Below are positions 48,678-57,590 of a DNA stretch of 64,000 nt, one piece after another. A program made the translations under genes and the position numbers. The notes under the pieces are model-generated. The model worked only from the letters and a program-made list of their open reading frames with translations. It was not told the DNA's origin and searched no databases. How positions within the stretch are numbered: position 1 is the stretch's first letter; every line of letters begins with the position of its first letter. The DNA is from a bacterium. GTDB lineage: Bacteria > Patescibacteriota > Microgenomatia > UBA1400 > PJMF01. Where the stretch lies: assembly GCA_017431625.1 (NCBI GenBank), contig JAFRKQ010000021.1, forward strand, positions 77,324-141,323, written 5' to 3'.

Positions 48678-49772
48678 ATGGCAAACGCAAAATTATCACG
48701 CTTTACGTCACTATTTACGACCACACTGGCTCAAACACTCGAGGCGAGTGATACAACGATGGTTTTGACCAGTACCGAGCATCTAGTGCAAGGCTCGATG
48801 GTGACACTTACGATTGACCGGGTTGACGCCAATAATTCAGCCACGCTGTCGCAACGTGAAGTAGTGCGTGGCATTGTTTCTGACGATAACATCATTGCCC
48901 TCGAGCGTGGTTTTGACGACACAACAATTCAAGCTCATTCAACTGGTGCGATTGTAGAAGAGATTTTTACGGCCGGCGACTGGAATATCATGAAAGACAA
49001 GGTTAATAGTGTCGATGGCTTGATCACCAATGAAATCCCAACTGGCACTGTTGACGGCGCTAATACTGTTTTTACCCTTTCTCTATCCCCAGGATATCGC
49101 GGATGTAGCGTTTATCGAGGGAGCGTGCGCCTTAATCCATGCAGTCTCGATGAGAATGGCGATCCTATCACTTCTAGTGGTGATTACTATCTTGATGGCA
49201 ATGAACTTCATTTCGTTGATGCACCGTGGCCGGAAACATCTTTACTGGTAGACTACAAGCTATCAGATAACGATCTGGCCTCCGCTGACACAGACTATGA
49301 GGACGGCAGTGGCAGTATTTCTGCCCTGGAGCTGCAAGAAATTCGCCAAATGTTGCAATCAGTAGTGTCACAAAACGAGCAAACAAGCCAAACCCTCTCT
49401 AGTATCCAACAAACTCAAACGGCGCAAGGTAACACGATGGCGCAAATGGCCAGTGTAGAAATGGGACTTGTCGATGACGTTTATGCCCTCAAGCGAGCCA
49501 ATGGCAGTGTTGCCAATGTAACTTCAGTTGAAGAGGAACCAGTGGGACTGGTTGACGGGAGTAATCAATATTACACACTCACTTATACGCCGGTTGCACA
49601 ATCACTTAAAGTCTCCCGCGCTGGTCTGCGAATGACTAAATTTAAGGACTTTGAACTAGCGCCAGCAGATTATCTACCAAGTCCAAACGACCCCAAGGTA
49701 ATTAAATTTTACAATGCGCCAGACAATGTTAATTTACTTGTGAACTATGACACAACGGAAACTGTAACTTAA
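48678..49772 (+). CDS. Tail fibre/baseplate-associated protein
   Basis: Start corrected to MANAKLSRF after promoter copy 2. Confidence 0.45.
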   Translation: MANAKLSRFTSLFTTTLAQTLEASDTTMVLTSTEHLVQGSMVTLTIDRVDANNSATLSQREVVRGIVSDDNIIALERGFDDTTIQAHSTGAIVEEIFTAGDWNIMKDKVNSVDGLITNEIPTGTVDGANTVFTLSLSPGYRGCSVYRGSVRLNPCSLDENGDPITSSGDYYLDGNELHFVDAPWPETSLLVDYKLSDNDLASADTDYEDGSGSISALELQEIRQMLQSVVSQNEQTSQTLSSIQQTQTAQGNTMAQMASVEMGLVDDVYALKRANGSVANVTSVEEEPVGLVDGSNQYYTLTYTPVAQSLKVSRAGLRMTKFKDFELAPADYLPSPNDPKVIKFYNAPDNVNLLVNYDTTETVT

Positions 49773-49794
49773 TTAACGAGTCAGAAAGGTAAAA

Positions 49795-50889
49795 ATGGCA
49801 CTCACTAAAGTTAAATCACCAGAAGTAGATTTAGACGATCTCGGTATTGTGGCACTACAGTCTGATGTATCGACGCTGCAAACTAGTCTTGACACCCTGC
49901 AAACAACCGTGGGCGGTCACACCGCCCAAATTGGGACACTAGAGTCAAATGTTTCTACCCTGCAAACTACTACCACCGACCACGGCACGCGGATTACAGC
50001 CTTAGAGACGAACGACACAGCTCAAGATAGTGCAATCACAGCGCTACAAGCTGCTGTGGCTAATCAGCAAGGCGCAACGACATACATAGGGACGGTCAAC
50101 GCCACCAATGCCGCGGTGACAGCCAATACTGGACTACTCGACACGCGAGCAAGTGAACTTGGTCGCACACCCTTGCAAGTGGGTTACACACTCACCGATA
50201 CCGATGGTCATGAATGGCGTTATGAAGGCTCAACGCTGGGTTGGGTGGATACCGGTTATTTTGGCGTGCAACAAGCGACCAATTCCTCTTTGGGCATTGT
50301 GAAGGGCACTGCAACTGACCTTGGGATTAGCGTGGCTCTGGATGGTACAATGAGTGTTAATGGCTTAAGCGATGCTTTATCTGGCAAGGTGGATAAAGTC
50401 ACTGGCAAAGGTTTATCCACCAACGATTATGATGCTACAGCCGTGGCGCAAGTGGCCAAAATCGCCACTCTTGAGACAGATTTGAGCAGTTTAACTTCAA
50501 CCGTAAGTGGTCACACCAGCTCTATCTCAACGATTAATTCAACCATTGGCGATATCCAAACCGTTAATACGGCTCAGGGAACGGCAATTACTAATTTGCA
50601 AACGGCAATTGCAGCCATCACTTTGTCAAGTTTTGTCCAACAGGGAATTATTGATATTTTAACAGACTCAGCATCAGGAAGTGTGGCTGCATTTACGCTT
50701 AATCGGACACCACTTGTAGCTGATAAAGTTGACGTTTACAAAAATGGCCTCAAGATGGCACCAAACACTAGCGGACAAACGGATAGGGATTATACTTTAG
50801 CTAATGGTGTGGTTACTTTCAACACCAATCCTCGCGCTGGCTCAAGAATTTGGGCACAGTATTATCCCGCACCCGCATCTGGCAGCTAG
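49795..50889 (+). CDS. Tail fibre protein with coiled-coil heptad repeats
   Basis: VSTLQTSLDTLQTTVGGHTAQIGTLESNVSTLQTT… repeats. Conserved RBS agaaaggtaaaaATG. Confidence 0.55.
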   Translation: MALTKVKSPEVDLDDLGIVALQSDVSTLQTSLDTLQTTVGGHTAQIGTLESNVSTLQTTTTDHGTRITALETNDTAQDSAITALQAAVANQQGATTYIGTVNATNAAVTANTGLLDTRASELGRTPLQVGYTLTDTDGHEWRYEGSTLGWVDTGYFGVQQATNSSLGIVKGTATDLGISVALDGTMSVNGLSDALSGKVDKVTGKGLSTNDYDATAVAQVAKIATLETDLSSLTSTVSGHTSSISTINSTIGDIQTVNTAQGTAITNLQTAIAAITLSSFVQQGIIDILTDSASGSVAAFTLNRTPLVADKVDVYKNGLKMAPNTSGQTDRDYTLANGVVTFNTNPRAGSRIWAQYYPAPASGS

Positions 50890-50907
50890 ATCACAAAAAG
50901 GAGTGCA

Positions 50908-52020
50908 ATGGCGGCAACCAAAATTGATCTCGAGCAGATAAACATGGCCTCACTATTATCTGATGAGGCTAACAATGGTTTGTCTCTTGGCCAAGACGGT
51001 GGTTTATTTGCCGCAGCAAATCAATCTTCACTGCAGATTGAGGCAGGAAGCAATATTTCACTGTCTACAAACCAAAATACAGGTACTACCATCATTACTG
51101 CTACTGACACTATTTATGACGATTCAGCCCTTGTTTCTCGAGTAACTAGCATTGAGAGCACCAATACTTCTCAAGCTACAGCAATATCCGAACTGCAAAC
51201 GACAATTACTGGTTTGACGGGAGCGATGGTGTATCTTGGTGATATTAATGAGTCAACGGCCGATGTCACCCAAGTGAAACTAAACAACCGCATGGTGGCG
51301 CTTGGTAAAAACAGCGCACTACAAGGCTACACGATTGTCGATAGCGATGGCAATGATTGGGTGTATGACGCGACCTCGAGTCAATGGCGTAATATTGGTT
51401 ATCAGGCGATTCCGGTGGCTTCAACAACAACTCCGGGTATTGTCCAGCTTAATGATAGCATCAGCTCAACATCAACATCACAAGCAGCTACTGCTAATGC
51501 CGTCAAAACAGCGTATGATCTCGCTGCCTCTAAAGGTACTGGAACTATCACTCAAGTCAAAGCTAATGGTACAAGTGTGGCCACTTCTGGCGTCGCCAAT
51601 ATTCCGGCCGCAAGTACAAGTGCTTACGGTGTTACTAAGCTTTCAAGTTCAACATCGTCGACAAGTACAGCTCTTGCGGCTACAGCTAGCGCGGTTAAGG
51701 CAGCGTACGATCGTGGATCAACTGGCGTTACTAATGCGGCGACAGCGCAAAGTACGGCAGTGGCTGCCGCTAAGACATTTGACAATATGATTTGGAACGA
51801 AACACCGTCGGGCACTAAAAATGGCACCAATAAGACCTTTACGATTGCTAATACGCCAGTCGCAACAGACAAAATACATTTCAAAATGAATGGCGTCGAA
51901 CTGACACAAGGGTCAAGCGCAGACTACACAGTCAGCTCGACCACACTAACTATTACTGCTAACTATCATGCACCAGAAAGCACCGACACGCTGACGGTAA
52001 GCTACGAGAAAGCGAGCTAA
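50908..52020 (+). CDS. Tail fibre protein with phage-tail-fibre repeat motifs
   Basis: Repeated …SSTSTSQAATANAVKTAYD… / …SSTSTALAATASAVKAAYD… units. Confidence 0.6.
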   Translation: MAATKIDLEQINMASLLSDEANNGLSLGQDGGLFAAANQSSLQIEAGSNISLSTNQNTGTTIITATDTIYDDSALVSRVTSIESTNTSQATAISELQTTITGLTGAMVYLGDINESTADVTQVKLNNRMVALGKNSALQGYTIVDSDGNDWVYDATSSQWRNIGYQAIPVASTTTPGIVQLNDSISSTSTSQAATANAVKTAYDLAASKGTGTITQVKANGTSVATSGVANIPAASTSAYGVTKLSSSTSSTSTALAATASAVKAAYDRGSTGVTNAATAQSTAVAAAKTFDNMIWNETPSGTKNGTNKTFTIANTPVATDKIHFKMNGVELTQGSSADYTVSSTTLTITANYHAPESTDTLTVSYEKAS

Positions 52021-52022
52021 TA

Positions 52023-52406
52023 ATGTCATTAATTAAAATTGAGCAAATCAACAATTTATCTCAAGCACTTCAATTATATTCTAAAACCGTGAGTGGACTG
52101 GGGCATTTTTATCGTGTCGGGAAAATTGTCTATTTTGTAGCGGAACCGAATTTGAAACGCGAATCTACTATAAACGCGTGGCAAGTGTTACAAATCGGCA
52201 CAATTCCCAGCGGTTACAAACCTAATTTTCCTGACGGCCAAAGTGATTTCATGGTGCCAGTCCAGAATGGCCCAATTATTGGCTTCATGATGCGTGTTTA
52301 CAACACAGCAATTGATTGGTGTAATTTGTCTGGTTCGGCAATCACCGTTCCGACGACACCGGTTTTTACGCTGACGTGGTGGACAAACGATGACTATCCA
52401 AGCTAA
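52023..52406 (+). CDS. Small tail-fibre-associated protein (paralogue A; N-terminus MSLIKIEQINN)
   Basis: N-terminus paralogous to the interrupted gene downstream. Confidence 0.45.
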   Translation: MSLIKIEQINNLSQALQLYSKTVSGLGHFYRVGKIVYFVAEPNLKRESTINAWQVLQIGTIPSGYKPNFPDGQSDFMVPVQNGPIIGFMMRVYNTAIDWCNLSGSAITVPTTPVFTLTWWTNDDYPS

Positions 52407-52417
52407 GAAAGGACTAT

Positions 52418-52812
52418 ATGAGTTTAATAAGACTTGATCAAATCAAGAATCCGTTGGGGGGGGCGGCCTCTCAGTAGATACCGTGCCAACTGGTGGAAGC
52501 AATAATTTGGCAACAAGTAGTGCAGTAGCTAATTTAATTAAAATTGTGTCTTACAACCAAAGCGTATCACTGACAAACACACAAGGAGATAATAGAGTTG
52601 AATGGTCTGGACTCGCAGTTGATGGTTATACACCTACCCGGATATTTTCTTTTATACACGGGTATGCTGGTTCTGTACAATGCGATTGTGAAGCATATGA
52701 CCTCATTGACAACACCATACATTTTGTGGGCTACGCCCGCAATCTTGATACTCCGTCACAACTAAGAACTGTCAACTTCACCTTAATAACACTCTGGATT
52801 AAAGTGAGTTAA
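52418..52812 (+). pseudogene. Paralogue B (MSLIRLDQIKN…) interrupted at a G8 homopolymer; +1 G would fuse to the 52483 reading frame
   Basis: ATG 52418 reaches TAG at 52475-52477 just after G8 (52456-52463). Frame +1 is open from 52432 to 52812 (…LSVDTVPTGGSNNLATSSAVANLIK…). Confidence 0.55.
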
Positions 52813-53031
52813 GCAGTTCGTTTAAGTAGTTGGTCCACTCATCCAATTAGGAGAGCTATCAATAGTGTTATAATAGGTATACAACAGTCAGACTTCGACA
52901 TAACAACGAATTTCTTATCTGGTCTTGCCGCAATTGTGTCATATCGTGATTATACCACATTATATCACAAAAAACATATAACCACACATAAAACGCGGTT
53001 ATCATCAATAATAGCAACACAGAAAGGCATA

Positions 53032-53217
53032 ATGGCACTTTACACAATCCGTTCCGGCGTCAACAACCACCCAGAAAGAACAGTCTTACAGTTTACCAGC
53101 GACATGGTGCGGCGAGGCGGGGTAATTTCTGGTTTTGTCACCAGTGAAAAAGCTGGCGGCGTGGGTATGAGTGTGGATGTATCCGCCGGCACCCGATTAG
53201 CAAGAGTTTTCCCCTAA
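53032..53217 (+). CDS. Small phage protein (61 aa)
   Basis: Conserved structural-gene RBS acagaaaggcataATG. Track start 52936 is an alternative codon. Confidence 0.35.
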   Translation: MALYTIRSGVNNHPERTVLQFTSDMVRRGGVISGFVTSEKAGGVGMSVDVSAGTRLARVFP

Positions 53218-53351
53218 AGACAGGTTGTATCACTTAGAAGATTCCCCCCCCCCAACGAAGCTGGGATTTGCTTTTGTTTAATAAGTGACATTTCTGAAAG
53301 AAATTTTAGTTAATCGCAAGAAAATGTCAATATAACAATGTATATAAAACG

Positions 53352-53380
53352 TTGACAAAAACGTAGGTGAGTGGTAAAAT
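53352..53380 (+). promoter_or_regulatory. Sigma70-like promoter TTGACA-17-TAAAAT upstream of Panacea-domain gene
   Basis: -35 at 53352-53357, -10 at 53375-53380. Confidence 0.5.
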
Positions 53381-53449
53381 ACCAGTTCCTCATATTGCTA
53401 AAGTGTGTCCAGTGTGAGATAATGATAAACACATAGGTAGAAAGTTGAA

Positions 53450-53908
53450 GTGCAAGCGATAAATATAGCAAACTATTTGATATTGTTAGCAACAAATATT
53501 GGAGAAAGTATCACAAATATGAAACTCCAAAAGCTGCTTTATTATTCGTATGCTTGGTACCTAGTTGATACAAGAAATGAACGAAGATTGTTTAATGATG
53601 ATATCGAGGCCTGGAAATATGGACCGGTGGTGAGATCTGTGTATGATGTATTCAAGAATCGCGGTGCCGATTCAATTAAACATCCATATGTTTTGGGCAC
53701 GCACGATGAAAATTATGGTCTTGACTTGGCTCAACAGGAGGTAGTTGAAGATGTATATAAAAGCTATGGAATGAAAAACGCAATTGAGCTGATGGAGATG
53801 ACGCACAATGAAGAGCCGTGGATTAAGACGTATCAAGAGGGCAAAAACAACGTGATTGATCCACAGATAATCTATCAGTTCTACTCCCAGCTTAGTCAGA
53901 GTGTTTAA
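53450..53908 (+). CDS. Panacea-domain (DUF4065, SocA-like antitoxin family) protein
   Basis: …IANYLILLATNIGESITNMKLQKLLYYSYAWYLVDTRNERRLFNDDIEAWKYGPVVRSVYDVFK… matches the DUF4065/Panacea core. GTG start. Confidence 0.65.
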   Translation: MQAINIANYLILLATNIGESITNMKLQKLLYYSYAWYLVDTRNERRLFNDDIEAWKYGPVVRSVYDVFKNRGADSIKHPYVLGTHDENYGLDLAQQEVVEDVYKSYGMKNAIELMEMTHNEEPWIKTYQEGKNNVIDPQIIYQFYSQLSQSV

Positions 53909-53914
53909 TGGGCT

Positions 53915-54370
53915 ATGTCATCTGATCGAATTAAAAGATATCTTGATAGCGTTGCTAAACAGCAGACTGCGGTTAAAGTTCGGCACAAGTTTGCGTTAGC
54001 ATGTAACATGAGTTTTTCTTTTGCCAATCTTAATGTTGCTTATGAAGGCTTTGATTTACGTCATGATCAAGATAAATGTCCAGATCAAGAAGTAAAAATC
54101 GATAGATTAGTTAATGCGTTTGAGCTTTTATCGCAAAGATCTATTGGATTAATCGCCAAAGGAGAGAATCATTGTCATCCGATTGAGCGTGAGAAACTCG
54201 TTGGATGTGGAATGAAGTCATTAGTTGATTTTTACCCAAATGAAACGTTTTATCAACTCGGATCAAATTATTATGCGAGACCTGAAAGAATAATTGGGTA
54301 TTACGATCGAAAAACTAATATCTTTCAAGTCTGTATTATCGATCTCCATCATCAAGTTTATCCTAAATAA
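53915..54370 (+). CDS. Unknown 151-aa protein immediately downstream of Panacea gene (candidate toxin/effector partner)
   Basis: 7-bp spacing, same strand, no recognisable domain. Cys/His-containing (…GENHCHPIEREK…IIDLHHQVYPK). Confidence 0.4.
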   Translation: MSSDRIKRYLDSVAKQQTAVKVRHKFALACNMSFSFANLNVAYEGFDLRHDQDKCPDQEVKIDRLVNAFELLSQRSIGLIAKGENHCHPIEREKLVGCGMKSLVDFYPNETFYQLGSNYYARPERIIGYYDRKTNIFQVCIIDLHHQVYPK

Positions 54371-54395
54371 CAATGTTTATTGGTTTGTGCTTTTG

Positions 54396-54466
54396 TTGTG
54401 AAGCCCGGACTCGAACCAAGATTTGCGGGGCCAAAACCCGCTGTGCTGCCATTGCACTACTCCACA
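54396..54466 (-). tRNA. tRNA-Gln (anticodon TTG)
   Basis: Manual fold: acceptor TGTGGAG/CTTCACA, D GTGC-AATGGCA-GCAC, anticodon stem GCGGG/CCCGC with loop TTTTGGC, T-arm CTTGG-TTCGAGT-CCGGG. Confidence 0.8.
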
Positions 54467-54468
54467 AT

Positions 54469-54542
54469 TGGCAGATGTCCCAGGATTTGAACCCAGATTA
54501 CTGGTTTTGGAGACCAGTGTGCTGCCGTTGCACTAGACATCT
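54469..54542 (-). tRNA. tRNA-Trp (anticodon CCA), CCA encoded
   Basis: Acceptor AGATGTC/GACATCT, D GTGC-AACGGCA-GCAC, anticodon stem CTGGT/ACCAG with loop CTCCAAA, T-loop TTCAAAT. 2-nt spacer from tRNA-Gln. Confidence 0.8.
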
Positions 54543-54565
54543 ATTATTGTATCATCATTTCGATG

Positions 54566-54637
54566 TTGCGGAGGCTGGACTTGAACCAGCGTTTTGCCCT
54601 TATGAGAGGCCTGCGATACCGCCTCGCTCACTCCGCA
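54566..54637 (-). tRNA. tRNA with CAT anticodon (elongator Met or Ile-lysidine type; not initiator-like)
   Basis: Acceptor TGCGGAG/CTCCGCA, anticodon loop CTCATAA, T-arm GCTGG-TTCAAGT-CCAGC. D-arm one nt short. Lacks the 3 GC pairs of initiator. Confidence 0.65.
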
Positions 54638-54670
54638 AACGTTTATTATATCATTACTTCACAATAATCA

Positions 54671-55117
54671 TTATTCCTTTTGGCTCTGTTTACCGTTGAC
54701 CTGAGCCAGCTTTTGAGTAATAATCTCGGGGATCGGTACACCCCACTCGGTTAAGTTTTCAGTAATACTGACTAAATCATTAACCAAAAACATCCCCAGG
54801 AAAATGTCGCGCATGGGCGTTTGCCATTCATTAAAAACAGGCACGACCCCACTAAACTCAGGAATCAGGGTGTCGACCCGGTAGACGATTGTGATCATCA
54901 AAAGCGTTCCCACCTTTTTCCACAATCCAGAGCGCATTTTGCTGCTGGAAAAATCATTATTGCGCACGGCTGAAAGACAGCCGGTGATAACGTCTACTAG
55001 CATCAAGAAGAGTACACTGTAAAAAATAGCATTCAGCGTGCCAAAAAGCCAGGTAAGTACTGACAAAGCCACCACCTGCACTGCTCCGATAAAGTTTAAT
55101 AGCCATTTCTCTTTCAT
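54671..55117 (-). CDS. Holin (phage holin family 4_1/TcdE-like)
   Basis: 3 TM. …LMLVDVITGCLSAVRNNDFSSSKMRSGLWKKVGTLLMI… Overlaps endolysin stop. Confidence 0.6.
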   Translation of the reverse strand: MKEKWLLNFIGAVQVVALSVLTWLFGTLNAIFYSVLFLMLVDVITGCLSAVRNNDFSSSKMRSGLWKKVGTLLMITIVYRVDTLIPEFSGVVPVFNEWQTPMRDIFLGMFLVNDLVSITENLTEWGVPIPEIITQKLAQVNGKQSQKE

Positions 55118-56103
55118 GATAGTAACTCCTTGAGGCGAGCTACTAATAGTTCCCAAAGCGCCCCGCCATTGGTTTTTTTGAGACTATCCACTCGCGCTTG
55201 TAGCGCGTCAATAGTTTTATTTTTTTCTTCAGTTAGTTTGACTTTTTGGTCCAGCTCTTGCTCTAGGTCTTTAATTTCTACTCCCTGCACGTCCAGTAGT
55301 TCGTGTAGTCGATCCCATTCAGCCTGAGTGTGATAAACAGTCATACCCTGCATTTGGGTTTTGAGTTGTTGCACTTGCGCCTGTAAACTGTCTATCGTTT
55401 TGTTTTTCTCGCTGATCGTCTGATCAAAGACGTCAACCTGTTTTTGTAGCTCTGCTATCTGTGTTTCCAATTTTTTGCTCTTGGCTCGCTCATCACCCAA
55501 ATGACCGTGATTAACCGTTTCTGGGTCACCATATGCGCATCTACCTTCTTTTTCGCCCAAATACTCAAAAAGAAGGGGCTTGAGCGTCTCCCAACTGTTT
55601 ACCTCAGATTTATTAAACCATGACCAATCAATCATCTTATCCTCGATTTCTGTCTTACTTCCATAATTAGTGATTCTAATATTCGCTTGATTTTTAGGCC
55701 TTAAAACGCCGTAGACGTATTTATAGGCGTAGTCTTTGAGTACACATGCACTCTCACTGGGATCGTTTTGCGAGAAGCACTGGAACTTCGAGATGGTTGC
55801 CGTGGCGTAGGATTCAATCGCCACATGGCCGTATTTGCCGTAGTTGGCTGTCCAAATCCACACATCCCCTGGTTGAGGGACAAAATCTGGTGTATTAACA
55901 ATCCGCTCAAAATTGTTATACAGATTCGGATCAGTGAGATAATTTGTCCATAAGTCTTTTGCGCCAGTCACACCTTTTGGCTGGTTGATTCCTAAAACCT
56001 CTTTGCAGTAGAAACGAAACAGATCTACACACTGTGCGCCATATGCGCCGTCATAGTCAATCTTTTTACCTTGGTATTTAGCGATAAAGTCTGTAAAGTG
56101 CAT
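55114..56103 (-). CDS. Endolysin with N-terminal CHAP domain and C-terminal coiled-coil region
   Basis: …YDGAYGAQCVDLFRFYCKEVLG… (Cys) and …YGHVAIES… (His). Confidence 0.75.
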   Translation of the reverse strand: MHFTDFIAKYQGKKIDYDGAYGAQCVDLFRFYCKEVLGINQPKGVTGAKDLWTNYLTDPNLYNNFERIVNTPDFVPQPGDVWIWTANYGKYGHVAIESYATATISKFQCFSQNDPSESACVLKDYAYKYVYGVLRPKNQANIRITNYGSKTEIEDKMIDWSWFNKSEVNSWETLKPLLFEYLGEKEGRCAYGDPETVNHGHLGDERAKSKKLETQIAELQKQVDVFDQTISEKNKTIDSLQAQVQQLKTQMQGMTVYHTQAEWDRLHELLDVQGVEIKDLEQELDQKVKLTEEKNKTIDALQARVDSLKKTNGGALWELLVARLKELLS

Positions 56104-56113
56104 GATATCCTTT

Positions 56114-57346
56114 CTAGCGATCTAAAAGTAGTAAAAGCGCTGGTCCATAACCATCACTTAAAGCCGTTTGCGTGGCCATGATGTAGCGCACGCGAATATA
56201 TGGAGGTTCCCAAGAAGTTTCACCAGCGGACATGCTCGCTGCTTGCCAAGTCATATTTACAGTGGAAATATTGGTAATGGTATGAGAGTGGTTTTGTGAG
56301 GCTTTTAGTGTACCACCATATGCTCCATGACCACCTTGATTTGTATTGGTCGTCACGCTACCGCCATGGTTATGTGATTGCGAGTGCGTATGTGAATTGC
56401 CGCTTTCATGAGTATGCTTTACTTTGCCACCCGTGCCGCTTGTTTGACTATTGCGAACATAAAAGCCACTAAGTTTTGGCGTACCATTAGTGCCATCACA
56501 TGTAATCCAGCCAGTAGGATTGCTCGAAGATGTAGTGATCGCAATATCTCCAACCGCAACATTAGTTTGACTTGCGGCCTTGTAAAGACCCAAATTGGTA
56601 TAAGTCGGTAAATTAGTTTCACTGGGACTAGTACCAGTGAAAGTATCGCCAGTCAAACTCTGACTGAAACTAAAAGTATGAGTGTGTTGGCCAATGACTG
56701 AGCCACCATCGGCTTGACGTCTATCAGTATCTGTAGACTCACCGGTAGTGCCGGAATGAGTATGAGAAACAGCGGTGTGAGTATGAGTTACAGAGTGGGA
56801 ATGAGTGTTGCTCCCGCCAGTACCCCCAGCATTGCCACCAGCAACCGCCCCTTTGAGAAAACGGTTTTGTGAGGCCGAATGAAAACTCAAGCCCGAGCGC
56901 GCACTCGAGCGATAGACCAAACTCTCGGCAGGAATTTGGCTGTCGGTATCGGCTTTGATAAATATTACTTCATAATATGGCGGCAAAGCAGTAGTGCTGG
57001 CATAATCTACTTTGTCAGATAAAGCATTACCAGAAAAACTTGCATTTGACACTTGTGCTTTGTGACGATGTCCTTCTGACACTGTAGATTTTGGATCATC
57101 ATTGCTCGAGTATCCTTGCTCACCATTGGCGGAGCTTGTATATTCATCGCTCGAATGTACATGAGAATTTGGTTGATGAGTGTGAGTGCTACCCGTGTGC
57201 GAGTGAGCGCTGCTTCCACCGGTTTGCCCAAGTGTACCTGAAATAGCCGACGGAAAACGCCCATCAAAACGAGTATCACGGCTCCAGCCAGCAGGAATAG
57301 CTGTATTATTGCCATCAAATGGTAAAATAACACCAGCAGGAATCAT
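56114..57346 (-). CDS. Tail collar/fibre-like protein with three His-rich HSHTGSTHTH-type repeats
   Basis: Gly/Ser/Thr/His-rich 410 aa. Repeats AHSHTGSTHTHQPNSHVH, NTHSHSVTHTHTAVSHTHSG, KHTHESGNSHTHSQSHNHGG. Confidence 0.45.
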   Translation of the reverse strand: MIPAGVILPFDGNNTAIPAGWSRDTRFDGRFPSAISGTLGQTGGSSAHSHTGSTHTHQPNSHVHSSDEYTSSANGEQGYSSNDDPKSTVSEGHRHKAQVSNASFSGNALSDKVDYASTTALPPYYEVIFIKADTDSQIPAESLVYRSSARSGLSFHSASQNRFLKGAVAGGNAGGTGGSNTHSHSVTHTHTAVSHTHSGTTGESTDTDRRQADGGSVIGQHTHTFSFSQSLTGDTFTGTSPSETNLPTYTNLGLYKAASQTNVAVGDIAITTSSSNPTGWITCDGTNGTPKLSGFYVRNSQTSGTGGKVKHTHESGNSHTHSQSHNHGGSVTTNTNQGGHGAYGGTLKASQNHSHTITNISTVNMTWQAASMSAGETSWEPPYIRVRYIMATQTALSDGYGPALLLLLDR

Positions 57347-57579
57347 TAGGGGATCTCCACAATGCGAAATACTTCATATTGATCTCGTGCAACCAACTCT
57401 CGCGCCTGGGTCAACGCAGTTTGTTCACTCGAAGCTGTAACACTAACGTCAGTAGAATCGGTGTAAACCGGCAAACCCTGTTGATTGGTCTTTTTGTCAT
57501 TGTAAGCAACCACATGATACTCAAACTTTTTATTTGTCAACATCCCTTGAGCATAAGTTTTAATTTCTGAGTCTGACAT
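57346..57579 (-). CDS. Small phage protein (77 aa)
   Basis: RBS aaggag before ATG. Confidence 0.4.
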   Translation of the reverse strand: MSDSEIKTYAQGMLTNKKFEYHVVAYNDKKTNQQGLPVYTDSTDVSVTASSEQTALTQARELVARDQYEVFRIVEIP

Positions 57580-57590
57580 ACGATCTCCTT

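Noticed and set aside
49795-52020. Diversity-generating retroelement targeting the repetitive tail-fibre genes
   Set aside because: Fibre repeats are protein-level motifs (AVKxAYD, coiled-coil heptads). No reverse transcriptase ORF (no YxDD motif) and no template/variable repeat pair seen.
54566-54637. CAT-anticodon tRNA as an initiator tRNA
   Set aside because: Position 1-72 is base-paired (T-A) and the anticodon stem lacks the three consecutive G-C pairs typical of bacterial initiator tRNA.
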